DNA of 64,000 bases from Myxococcota bacterium (lineage in GTDB: Bacteria; Myxococcota_A; UBA796; UBA2385). Within the stretch, counting starts at the first letter, position 1; each line of letters starts with the position of its first letter. The notes under the pieces are model-generated. The model was not told where the DNA came from. It ran no database searches and was given only the letters and a program-made list of their open reading frames with translations. Shown here piece after piece: positions 36,374 through 45,114 of this stretch. The position numbers and the translations under genes were made by a program. The stretch lies in NCBI GenBank assembly GCA_044344255.1, contig JBIJDH010000020.1:85758-149757 (forward strand), written 5' to 3'.

Positions 36374-38806
36374 ATGCGCCCCCGCAGCTCCCGCCCCTGC
36401 AGCTCCCGTCCCTGCAGTCCCGGCCCCCGCAGCCCTCGCCCCGAGCGCCTGCTGCTGACCCTCAGCCTGCTCGCGGCCTGCGGGGGGGTCTCGCAGGAGG
36501 CCCCCGTCCCCACCTCGGCGCGCGACGAGGGCAAACAGATGGCCCAGGAGCTCGGCTACGCCGAAGAGGAGGCGCAGGCGGAGGCCCCGTCGCCCAAGGG
36601 GGCCGGCGGGCCGAGGCGGAGCCAGAACCGAGCGGCGCCCGCCCGGGGCGGCGGGACGAAGAAGGAGTCGAAGGACGCCGAGAAGGCAGACCCCGCCGTC
36701 CAGGGGGACTCTCCTGCCGACCCCGAGGGCGGCGAGGCGGCCCCCACCCGCTCCTGGTTCCCCGAGACCTTCCTCTTCCAGCCCCGCGTGGTGACCGACC
36801 GCGACGGCCGGGCCTCCGTCCCCGTGCGCATCCCCGACCGGCTCACCACCTGGCGGGTGCTCGGCCTCGCCTGGTCCCGACAGGGCGGTCAGTCCGGCGA
36901 CACCACCGAGCTGCTCGGCACCCTGCCCGTCTATGTAGACCCTGTCCTCCCCGCCTTCCTCAAGGCCGGTGACCGCCTGCGCCTGCCCATCCAGGTCGTC
37001 AACACCACCGACGGCCCCCTCACCGTGCCCCTGCGGGTCAACGCCGGCGGCGCCGCGCACCTCGCGAGCGCTGGCACCGTCTCTCTCCCCGCCGGGGGGA
37101 GCCGCGTCTCCTATGTCGAGCTCTACGCCGAGCAGGCCGGCACCGTCTCCCTCGAGGCCTCTATCGGCAGCAAGGACGCCGTCGTGCGCACCTTCCCCGT
37201 CGAGCCCGTCGGCCGCAAGCTCGAGCAGACCCGCGGCGGCACCCTCGCCGCCCCCCGACAGGTCGAGCTCATCGGCGCGAGTGACCTGGACCCCGCCAGC
37301 GCCCGCGTGCGCCTCCTCGTCTATCCGGGCGCCAAGGCCATCCTCCAGAGCGAGCTCGCCACGGCGCTGGACCGCGGTGGGGTCGCCTCGACAGGCTATT
37401 CACTGCTCCTGTCGGGACAGGGCGCGGCCCTCCTCCAGTCCCTCGGCGTCCCTGTCTCTGCCGCTGGCGCAGACGACGACGCCCGCGCCGCCGCCGCCGC
37501 CCTCCACGACATGGGCCTCCTCGCCGGCCAGCGGGCCGTCCGCCTCGGGCGCGCGCCGGACACCGCCGCCGCTGCCCTCCTCGCCGAGGGCTGCCTCGCC
37601 CACCCCGAGAGCCCCGTCATCGCCCGCTTGGGCGAGCGACTCCTCGGCCAGCTCGTCGCAGGGCAGCGCCCCGACGGCACCTTCGGCGGTGACAGCAGCG
37701 GCGCTTGGACGCTCCAGCGCCTCCTCGTCGCCACCGCCGACGCCGCCGCCACTGTCCGCCGCGCCGCCCAGTCGCCGACCGGGGACAGGGACCTCGACGC
37801 CAAACGCAAGCGCGACGCCGCCGCCGTCTCCCTCCGCGCCGGCGGCGCCTTCGAGCGGTACGCCGCCCAGGTCACCGACCCCTACACCGCCGCCGCCATC
37901 CTCCGCTCCGGCGCCGTCTCCGGCGACCTCGCCGCCACGCTCCTCGAGCGGGTCGAGTCCGGCCTCGTCGAGAACCTGGATGGCTCCAAGTCCCTCCCCG
38001 TCCCCGAGGGCGTCGTCCGCGCCGACGGTGCGGTCCCCTCCGGCGTCGAGGCCACCGCGATGGCCGTCCTCGCCCTCGAGGGCCGCGGAAAGGACGACAC
38101 GGTCGCCGATCTCGGCGCCTCCCTCCTCGGCGCCTGGCGCCCCGGCCGCGGCTGGAGCGACGGCCGGACAGACCTCCTCGCGCTGCAGGCCGTGCTCGCC
38201 CTCTTCAAAGACCCCATGCCGAACACGGTGACCGTCACCCTCTCGATGGACGGCGCCCCGGTCGGAAAGAAGGTGCTGGGCCTCGCCGAGCTCGATGAGG
38301 TCTCCCTCCTCGACCTCCCCGCCACCGCCGCCCGCGGCCTCCACACCTGGACCGTCTCCGCCGAGCCCGCCGTCCCCGGCCTCGGCTTCGCCCTCACCCT
38401 CGAGAGCTGGGTGCCCTTCGTCGCCACCCCCCAGAACGGCCTCGAGCTCCAGGTCACCACCGGAGAGGCGCCGGCGGTCGGCCGAAAGGTGCCCGTGATG
38501 GTCCAGGCCGCCGCACCCGCCGGGATGGCCCTCGTCTATCGACAGGAGCTCCCGGCTGGCGTCGTCCCCGATATGGACAGCCTCCAGGCCCTCGTGACGA
38601 GCGGCACGATCTCGAAATTCGACACCGAGGACGGCGCCCTGTCCTTTAACATCCCCGCCCTGTCACCCGGGCAGGTCTTCTCCGCCGGCTATGCGCTCGT
38701 ACCCACCCTCGCAGGCACGCTCCACAGCGGGCCCGCCTCGCTCAGCCCCGCTCAAGATCTCGAGGTGGCGGCACTGTCCGTCCCAGCAGTGTGGACGGTG
38801 CGCTGA
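36374..38806 (+). CDS. Alpha-2-macroglobulin-like lipoprotein, C-terminal chain, copy 2
   Basis: Lipobox LAAC; from EGGEAAP onward about 10 aa differences from copy 1; different N-terminus. Confidence 0.85.
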   Translation: MRPRSSRPCSSRPCSPGPRSPRPERLLLTLSLLAACGGVSQEAPVPTSARDEGKQMAQELGYAEEEAQAEAPSPKGAGGPRRSQNRAAPARGGGTKKESKDAEKADPAVQGDSPADPEGGEAAPTRSWFPETFLFQPRVVTDRDGRASVPVRIPDRLTTWRVLGLAWSRQGGQSGDTTELLGTLPVYVDPVLPAFLKAGDRLRLPIQVVNTTDGPLTVPLRVNAGGAAHLASAGTVSLPAGGSRVSYVELYAEQAGTVSLEASIGSKDAVVRTFPVEPVGRKLEQTRGGTLAAPRQVELIGASDLDPASARVRLLVYPGAKAILQSELATALDRGGVASTGYSLLLSGQGAALLQSLGVPVSAAGADDDARAAAAALHDMGLLAGQRAVRLGRAPDTAAAALLAEGCLAHPESPVIARLGERLLGQLVAGQRPDGTFGGDSSGAWTLQRLLVATADAAATVRRAAQSPTGDRDLDAKRKRDAAAVSLRAGGAFERYAAQVTDPYTAAAILRSGAVSGDLAATLLERVESGLVENLDGSKSLPVPEGVVRADGAVPSGVEATAMAVLALEGRGKDDTVADLGASLLGAWRPGRGWSDGRTDLLALQAVLALFKDPMPNTVTVTLSMDGAPVGKKVLGLAELDEVSLLDLPATAARGLHTWTVSAEPAVPGLGFALTLESWVPFVATPQNGLELQVTTGEAPAVGRKVPVMVQAAAPAGMALVYRQELPAGVVPDMDSLQALVTSGTISKFDTEDGALSFNIPALSPGQVFSAGYALVPTLAGTLHSGPASLSPAQDLEVAALSVPAVWTVR
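36716..38806 (+). repeat. ~2.1-kb direct repeat, copy 2
   Basis: Matches 11896-13986. Confidence 0.97.
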
Positions 38807-38813
38807 GCGCGCC

Positions 38814-39689
38814 TCACTCGCTGAGGACGTTCAACCCATAGGGCGGAGCGGCGTTGGTCAGCCACCCGCCGTCACAGGCGAGCGTGAGGGGGGCGAAGGT
38901 GACGCCCTCCTTGTGGGCGGTCCAGGTGTAGACCCCGGGGTCCGCGCCGGCGACGACCACGCCGCCGTCCGTGGTGGTGGCGAGGAGGGAGTGGTCGGGG
39001 ATGACGGAGGTGTTGAAGTAGACCGGCCCTTGCTCCGGGGGCACGGCGGGGTCGATCGTGACGGTGGCGTCGGGCTCGCCGACGGCCCAGACATCGACGG
39101 CGCCGGCGGCGGTCACCGTGGTCGACATCTGGCAGCGGGTCGGGTCGTCGGCGTCGGCGCCGAGCAGGCCAGCGGCGAGGCCCGCGATCACCCGCGTCAC
39201 CCCCTGAAAGGCCACCCCCTCGATGTCCTCGCCCCCCACCGGCAGCGTGGCGGTGAGCATGGGGAAGTAGTCGGGGTGGACGAGGGCCAGGGTGACGCTC
39301 GCGCCTTCGGGGATGCCCTCGATGCGGAAGCGGTGACCGTCGGCGGGATCCAGCGCCACGCGGAGCTCGGGGGCCTCGCGGACATAGACCTCCGCCCCCT
39401 CCACGTCCATCACCTGCACGATCGTCGGCGGGCTCGGCATGTCGAAGAAGAGGGCCTCCCCGGAGATCGCGCGCGCGCCCTCTCCCCAGGGGAGCGCATC
39501 GCCGCCGTCGCCGCCGTCGCCGCCGTCGCCGCCGTCGCCGCCGTCGCCGCCGTCGCCGCCGTCGCCGCCACCGTCACCGCCGGTCTCCGCGCCGCCCGCC
39601 TTCGCGCGGCCGCCGCCCGCCTCCTCACCCGAGCAGGCGAGCAGCAGCGCGACCGCGAGGGTCCAGCCCGTCCAACATCTCGTGCCCAT
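38814..39689 (-). CDS. Hypothetical lipoprotein with (GGD)n linker and beta-sandwich domains
   Basis: Lipobox LLAC; 9-bp gccgccgtc tandem at about 39501-39565. Confidence 0.8.
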   Translation of the reverse strand: MGTRCWTGWTLAVALLLACSGEEAGGGRAKAGGAETGGDGGGDGGDGGDGGDGGDGGDGGDGGDALPWGEGARAISGEALFFDMPSPPTIVQVMDVEGAEVYVREAPELRVALDPADGHRFRIEGIPEGASVTLALVHPDYFPMLTATLPVGGEDIEGVAFQGVTRVIAGLAAGLLGADADDPTRCQMSTTVTAAGAVDVWAVGEPDATVTIDPAVPPEQGPVYFNTSVIPDHSLLATTTDGGVVVAGADPGVYTWTAHKEGVTFAPLTLACDGGWLTNAAPPYGLNVLSE

Positions 39690-39745
39690 TCGTCTGTCCT
39701 CGATGTCGGGCGAGGGTAGCACGCCCCCGCGGCTCCGCCCGCCCC

Positions 39746-40444
39746 TCACTTGGGGAGCCGCGCCCGCCCTTCGGTGTCGGAGAGGACCCGGAGCTCGACG
39801 GGCCCCCGCTCGCGCCGCGCCTTCACCCGACGAACGAGCTCGCCCGACCGCAGGACGGCCACCACCGCCTCCCCGGGACAAGCGGTAGTGGCGAGGTCTC
39901 GGTGCGCCTCCACTCGTTCGGGATCGATCCCATATCGGTCGGAGGCCCAGGCCAGGACCTCGACGAGCGCGTCCATCTGCTCGGGGCTGGGCGCCTGCTC
40001 CTCGAAATTCCCATCGAGCAAGGGGAGAAAGTGACCAGACGGATCGTATCGAGTGAAGGTGCTCCCCGCGAAGTCGAGCGAGCGCCCCTCATAGACATTT
40101 CCGGCTCGGTCGATGATGAAGTGATAGGCGATGTCGGGGAAACCCCGCGACTGGTGATAGGCCTGATAGCCGCGGATGCGCGCCGGGGCCGAGCGGGCGT
40201 CCGGGGCGAGGGTGGCGCTGTGATGGACGGTCAGGTGAGAGATCACGTGCCGCTGGAGCCCGGCGCGGGCGACGCGGGCGCCCCAGGCCGACCGCGGGAT
40301 GACCTCGACTCCCGAGGCCACCCGCACCTCGCCGGTCGCCTGGCTGAGGGGGATGACCTCGGTGAGCTCAGCGGCCCGGGAGGGGGCGAACAGGGCGAGC
40401 CCCGCGCAGCCGAGGCCGAGCGAGAACCACCTCCTGGCGCTCAT
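39746..40444 (-). CDS. N-acetylmuramoyl-L-alanine amidase (Amidase_2/PGRP-like)
   Basis: IPRSAWGA, TVHHSA, DIAYHFIID...VYEGR, AHRD...TACPG. Confidence 0.92.
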   Translation of the reverse strand: MSARRWFSLGLGCAGLALFAPSRAAELTEVIPLSQATGEVRVASGVEVIPRSAWGARVARAGLQRHVISHLTVHHSATLAPDARSAPARIRGYQAYHQSRGFPDIAYHFIIDRAGNVYEGRSLDFAGSTFTRYDPSGHFLPLLDGNFEEQAPSPEQMDALVEVLAWASDRYGIDPERVEAHRDLATTACPGEAVVAVLRSGELVRRVKARRERGPVELRVLSDTEGRARLPK

Positions 40445-41040
40445 ACCCGGGGGATCGTGAGCGCGCCGGCGGGGGTCTCGTCCATCCGGTCGGCCCAGGC
40501 CGCGAGGCGCGGGTGCTCGGCCCGCCAGCCCGGCCCGAGGCGGAGCGTGGTGTACCCGAGGGCGCTGTGGACCGCGCCGTCCGCCCAGGTCCACCGCCCG
40601 AGCAGGGGCTCACCCGCCGCCTCCGGGACGCAGTGCTCCAAGGCCTCGAGGAGGCGCTGCGCCCGCCGAAGGGCGCGCTCGGCGGCCGCCTCGTCGCCGG
40701 CCTGACGCGCGAAGAAGGCCGCGATCGCCTGATCGGAGAGGCTGTCCCCGAGCTCGTCGAGCTCCCGCACGGCGAGGCGGCCCTGCCAGCCGGGGAGGCT
40801 GGTGGGCGGGTCTGGGTAGCGGTCCTCGAGGTACTCGCAGATCACCGTCGAGTCACAGACGGTGGTGCCATCGTCATCGACGAGGACGGGCACCTTGCCG
40901 ATCGGAGAGGCGGCGACGAAGCCCGCGCTGCGAGCCCCGAGGTCTTCCACACAGAGCTCGACGGGCAGGCCCTTGTGGAGGAGGGTGAGCCAGACCTTGC
41001 GGGCATAGGGCGAGCGGGTGGTGAGGTACAGGTGGCGCAT
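40441..41040 (-). CDS. Glutathione S-transferase family protein
   Basis: SPYARKV, SPIGKVPVL, DSTVICEYLE, WTWAD. Confidence 0.92.
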   Translation of the reverse strand: MRHLYLTTRSPYARKVWLTLLHKGLPVELCVEDLGARSAGFVAASPIGKVPVLVDDDGTTVCDSTVICEYLEDRYPDPPTSLPGWQGRLAVRELDELGDSLSDQAIAAFFARQAGDEAAAERALRRAQRLLEALEHCVPEAAGEPLLGRWTWADGAVHSALGYTTLRLGPGWRAEHPRLAAWADRMDETPAGALTIPRV

Positions 41041-41056
41041 CGTCCGCTGTTAACTG

Positions 41057-41398
41057 TCAAGGAGGGACGGTGGCCAGGGACTCTGCGGGCGGGCACCAGC
41101 GGAGCCGCGCCAGCCCCCGGGCGGCCTTCACGGCGCGCTCGGCGCGGGAGACCGCCGCCCGGTCGGGGAAGGGGCCGAAGCAGGCCACGAGGCACCAGGG
41201 CCGGCCGGCGCGGGTGGCGCTCGCCCCGCCCGGCGCCTCGCCGTCGTGCTGTCGGAGGCGGCGAGCGACGTCGAGGCTGATGCCCACGTAGCTGCGCCCG
41301 CGGCTGAGAGACCAGAGCACGTAGACGTACCAGGCCCCCGCGGGGGGCGCCGGCACCGGCGCCGGCACCGGCTCCGGGGCCAGCAGCGCGACCACCAC
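41057..41398 (-). CDS. GIY-YIG nuclease (Slx1/UPF0213-like)
   Basis: WYVYVL...SYVGIS...RRLRQH...GGASATRAGRPW...AE. Confidence 0.88.
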   Translation of the reverse strand: MVVALLAPEPVPAPVPAPPAGAWYVYVLWSLSRGRSYVGISLDVARRLRQHDGEAPGGASATRAGRPWCLVACFGPFPDRAAVSRAERAVKAARGLARLRWCPPAESLATVPP

Positions 41399-41406
41399 CC
41401 CGGCGC

Positions 41407-42297
41407 TCAGGCGGGGCCGAGGCGGCGAGACAGGGCCTCGGCGAGGCGATCTGCGCGCTCCGGTCGCCCCCGAAAGAAGAGGGAGGGCTCGACCAGCTCC
41501 ACCTCCGTCAAGCAGGGATCCCCGGCCTCATCGAAGAGGAAGTCCACGCGCGCATAGAGGAGGGGGAGGCCGGAGGGATCGGGCCACTCGGCGTGGACCG
41601 CCGCCAGCACCCCGTCGGTGAAGGCCCGGAGCGTTGGGGTGAGGGCCTCGTCGTGGTCAAGGGCGCCGTGCTCATCTTGCACCCGAAAGTCACCCTTCAC
41701 CGGGATCTTCCGGACGGAGTGGGAGAAGACGCCGTCAAAGTAGAGGGCGGAGACCTCCCCCTCCGTCTCCACCTTCGGGAGGTAAGGCTGGAGGAGGTAG
41801 GTCTGATCGGCACCTTCGAGGAGGCGCCGGGCGGCCGCGAAGCCCTCCGGGGAGGGGTCGAAGCGCAGCGTCCCCGAGGCGCCGGCGCCGACGACGGGCT
41901 TGAGGAAGCCGCGCGACCACCCGCGGGCGGCGAAGAGCGCAGGGAGGTCATGCCGCTCACCGGGCTCCAGCCACTCGGTCGGAGCGAGGCGAACCCCGCG
42001 GGCCGACAGGGCGCGGAGATAGCCCTTGTGCGTGTTCCAGCGGATCACGGCGCCGGGGTTGAAGAGGCGGGACACGGCCCCCACCCGCTCCGTCCAGGCG
42101 AGGAAGGTGTCCCGCTGGTGCCAGTAGTTCCAGGTGGTGCGGATCAAGACGGCGTCGAAGGCGGCCCAGTCGACGCCCGGATCATCCCAGGCCGGGCTGC
42201 TCACCTGGGCCCCGCGCGCGCGCAGGGCGGCCTCCAGCGGGAGGTCATCCACCTCCGAGGACCAGAGCTCCGAGAAGGTAGCGAGGGCGATGTGCAC
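41407..42297 (-). CDS. ATP-grasp ligase (RimK/glutathione synthetase-like)
   Basis: IRTTWNY, WNTHKGYL, KPVVGAG, LLQPYL, DFRVQ, YARVD, EVELVEP. Confidence 0.88.
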   Translation of the reverse strand: MHIALATFSELWSSEVDDLPLEAALRARGAQVSSPAWDDPGVDWAAFDAVLIRTTWNYWHQRDTFLAWTERVGAVSRLFNPGAVIRWNTHKGYLRALSARGVRLAPTEWLEPGERHDLPALFAARGWSRGFLKPVVGAGASGTLRFDPSPEGFAAARRLLEGADQTYLLQPYLPKVETEGEVSALYFDGVFSHSVRKIPVKGDFRVQDEHGALDHDEALTPTLRAFTDGVLAAVHAEWPDPSGLPLLYARVDFLFDEAGDPCLTEVELVEPSLFFRGRPERADRLAEALSRRLGPA

Positions 42298-42309
42298 GGG
42301 AGCTCCAGC

Positions 42310-43092
42310 TCAGGCGGCGGGGCGGAGGCCGACCCGCTCGAGCTCGGGGAGGACCACGAGGGAGAGGGTGTCCTGGAAGATCTGTCGGGCGAGGCCGCCG
42401 TCGCAGACCCCTGCGAGCGCCAGCTCGGGCCGCAAGCCGAGGTGAACGGGGAGGCGCGGCAGCTCGTAGTCCTCGAGGTGCTGCAGCGCGGTCACGAGGT
42501 AGCGCCGCGTGCGCGCGCGGGCCGCCTCATCGAGGAGGGGGGCGAGGGTGCCGAGGAGGGTCCAGCCGAAGCGGGCGTGCTGCACCTCATCGGCGAGGAT
42601 GCGTGAGAGCACGCCGCCGAGCGCGGTCCCCTCGAGCTCGGCCTGCTCGGCCCGGATCACCGCCACCGCCACCGTCTCGGAGAGGCAGCAGACAGAGAGG
42701 AGGTTGCGCAGCGCCGCCTCGAGCGGCCCGACCTCCGGGTGGTCGGGCATCCGCGCCAGGGCCGGGAGCGGGGCCACCGGCGCGTGGCCGAGGGCCAACA
42801 CCACCCCGGCACACAGCTCGGCGTGGCGCAGCTCATCGGCGATCATCCCCGGCAAGGCGGCGATGGCCACCGGCGGGAAGGCCGCCCCCATGAGCTGCGG
42901 CACGAGGCCAGCGAAGACCTGCGCGCTGACGTGCTCGTTGACCATTCGCCCCCGCCAGGTGCGCGCCGCCATCGCCCGCTCCTCCTCGGTGAGCGCCGGG
43001 AGGTCAGAGAGGTCAGGCTGGTGAAGTGCCCCCTCCCGACGGAGGTCGAGCAGGGCCTGACCTTGGCCGTCGGCGCTGAAGCTCGCCCTCAC
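42310..43092 (-). CDS. Ferritin-like di-iron domain protein
   Basis: NEHVS, DELRH, SETVA, DEVQH (two E...ExxH pairs). Confidence 0.88.
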   Translation of the reverse strand: MRASFSADGQGQALLDLRREGALHQPDLSDLPALTEEERAMAARTWRGRMVNEHVSAQVFAGLVPQLMGAAFPPVAIAALPGMIADELRHAELCAGVVLALGHAPVAPLPALARMPDHPEVGPLEAALRNLLSVCCLSETVAVAVIRAEQAELEGTALGGVLSRILADEVQHARFGWTLLGTLAPLLDEAARARTRRYLVTALQHLEDYELPRLPVHLGLRPELALAGVCDGGLARQIFQDTLSLVVLPELERVGLRPAA

Positions 43093-43601
43093 GCCAGGGC
43101 CGCGAGGTCAGCCGCCGGGGGGACGGGAGGGCCCCAGGGGATGCAGCCGGTCGACCCGTCATAGCCGGGGCCATAGACACACTCATCGTACTCGGGGGTG
43201 CCGGCGCTGACCGCTTCACTGCACCAGGCGGCGAGCGCCTCGCAGCAAGCGGTCACGTCGAGGCCGAGGGCCACGCAGTCTGGCTTGGCCCCGCCGCTGG
43301 CGGTGTCTCCGCCGCCACCGCCGGTGGAGGAGCCGGAGTCAGCGGCCCCGCCCGTCCCGCCATCCGAGGCCCCGTCACTGCCGCCGCCGGTCGCCCCGTC
43401 GCCGCCGGTCGCCCCATCGCTGCCGGTCGCACCGCCGCCCCCGTCCGCGCCGGAGTCGGTCGGCTGAACCGCGCTGTCCTGGCCCGACCGCCCGTCCCGA
43501 TCCTCGGACTTCCCATCGGTCTGACAGGCGGGGAGGGCCAGGGCGAGGACAACCGAGGCCGCCGACGCGAGGGCCTTCCGACGAAGCTCTGAACGATCCA
43601 C
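43089..43601 (-). CDS. Lipoprotein with Gly-rich linker and 6-Cys C-terminal domain ending CIPWGPPVPP
   Basis: RR-containing signal, lipobox LPAC; GTGA overlap with the ferritin-like gene. Confidence 0.75.
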   Translation of the reverse strand: MDRSELRRKALASAASVVLALALPACQTDGKSEDRDGRSGQDSAVQPTDSGADGGGGATGSDGATGGDGATGGGSDGASDGGTGGAADSGSSTGGGGGDTASGGAKPDCVALGLDVTACCEALAAWCSEAVSAGTPEYDECVYGPGYDGSTGCIPWGPPVPPAADLAALA

Positions 43602-43612
43602 GGGGCACCTCT

Positions 43613-43645
43613 GTGGGTAGATCAGTGGGTAGATCAGTGGGTAGA
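43613..43645. repeat. 12-bp tandem repeat GTGGGTAGATCA (~2.7 copies) between ssb and the lipoprotein operon
   Basis: gtgggtagatca gtgggtagatca gtgggtaga. Confidence 0.85.
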
Positions 43646-43673
43646 AACGGGCAGGGCGGCCAGTATAGGCGGC

Positions 43674-44273
<600 letters not shown>

Positions 44274-44503
44274 CGGAGGGTCTCCATGGTGAGGGGGTGA
44301 ACCCATCTACGGGGTCCGCCGCCTTTCGACAAGCGATCTCCGAGAGGCCGGACGGAAAATGCCCGGCTTTCAGCGGAGCCCCTGTTTGCGCCGGGATCGG
44401 GCCCACTCGAGGGGGGCCCCAATTCGCCGCTCAGCGGGGGCATAGACCGGCGAAGTGAGGGGCTCCGGTCGTGGATCTCGACCCCGACCGGGCCTCCGCC
44501 CGA

Positions 44504-45064
44504 TCAGCCCCCGACCGGCGCCCCGCGCACGCTCTCCTGTGGCCTGTCCTGTGGCCTGCCCTGTAGCCCCTGCTGAGGCGCCTTCGGTGCCGGCACGCTC
44601 TCCGCGGGGGGCGGGCGGACGTCGGGCTGGCCGCCGATCGGCAGGTCATCGGGGGACCACTCGACGAACCAGCCCGCTTCGGTGCGGTACCAGCGCTGCA
44701 CCACCCGGTCGTTCTTCAAGATCTGCTCAGGCATCGTGTAGCCCTCGGTGCGCACCCACACGGTGCCGACGCGGCGCCGCCCATCCGGGGGGTGCTCGAT
44801 CTCGGGGCTCATCACCACCTGGAGCACATCCACGTCGACCAGCCGCCGCTTCTTGGCCTCCTCCTGGAGGTCATCCTTGAAGAGGATGCGCTGATCGAGC
44901 TTCTCGATGAACACGGCCGAGCGGTCTGCATCTGACCAGCGCACCGCCTCCCAGTAGAGGCCCGCCGAGTCGAGCAGGAGCTCTTGCTCCTTGGACTCCG
45001 ACCTGCGTTGTTGGGCCTTGGAGCCGGCCTGGACGGAGAGGCAGAGGAGGAGGAGGGCGATCAT
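44504..45064 (-). CDS. Hypothetical exported protein
   Basis: Signal peptide; YWEAVRW and VVQRWYR motifs; genome-like codon usage. Confidence 0.7.
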   Translation of the reverse strand: MIALLLLCLSVQAGSKAQQRRSESKEQELLLDSAGLYWEAVRWSDADRSAVFIEKLDQRILFKDDLQEEAKKRRLVDVDVLQVVMSPEIEHPPDGRRRVGTVWVRTEGYTMPEQILKNDRVVQRWYRTEAGWFVEWSPDDLPIGGQPDVRPPPAESVPAPKAPQQGLQGRPQDRPQESVRGAPVGG

Positions 45065-45114
45065 CCCCCGATACTAGCCCCGTGCGCGCCGGGTGACCAT
45101 GCTAAGCGGCCGAG

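Noticed and set aside
11896..38806. Diversity-generating retroelement (template/variable repeat pair) as the explanation for the duplicate
   Set aside because: The repeat is ~2.1 kb, the differences are mostly synonymous and not adenine-specific, and no reverse transcriptase is in the window.
41057..41398. GIY-YIG as a homing endonuclease of a mobile intron
   Set aside because: It is a short stand-alone Slx1/UPF0213-like domain with no interrupted host gene or intron features.
43613..43645. Short repeats here, at 26197 and at 60678 as CRISPR arrays
   Set aside because: Units are 12-18 bp, directly adjacent with no spacers, and there are no cas genes.
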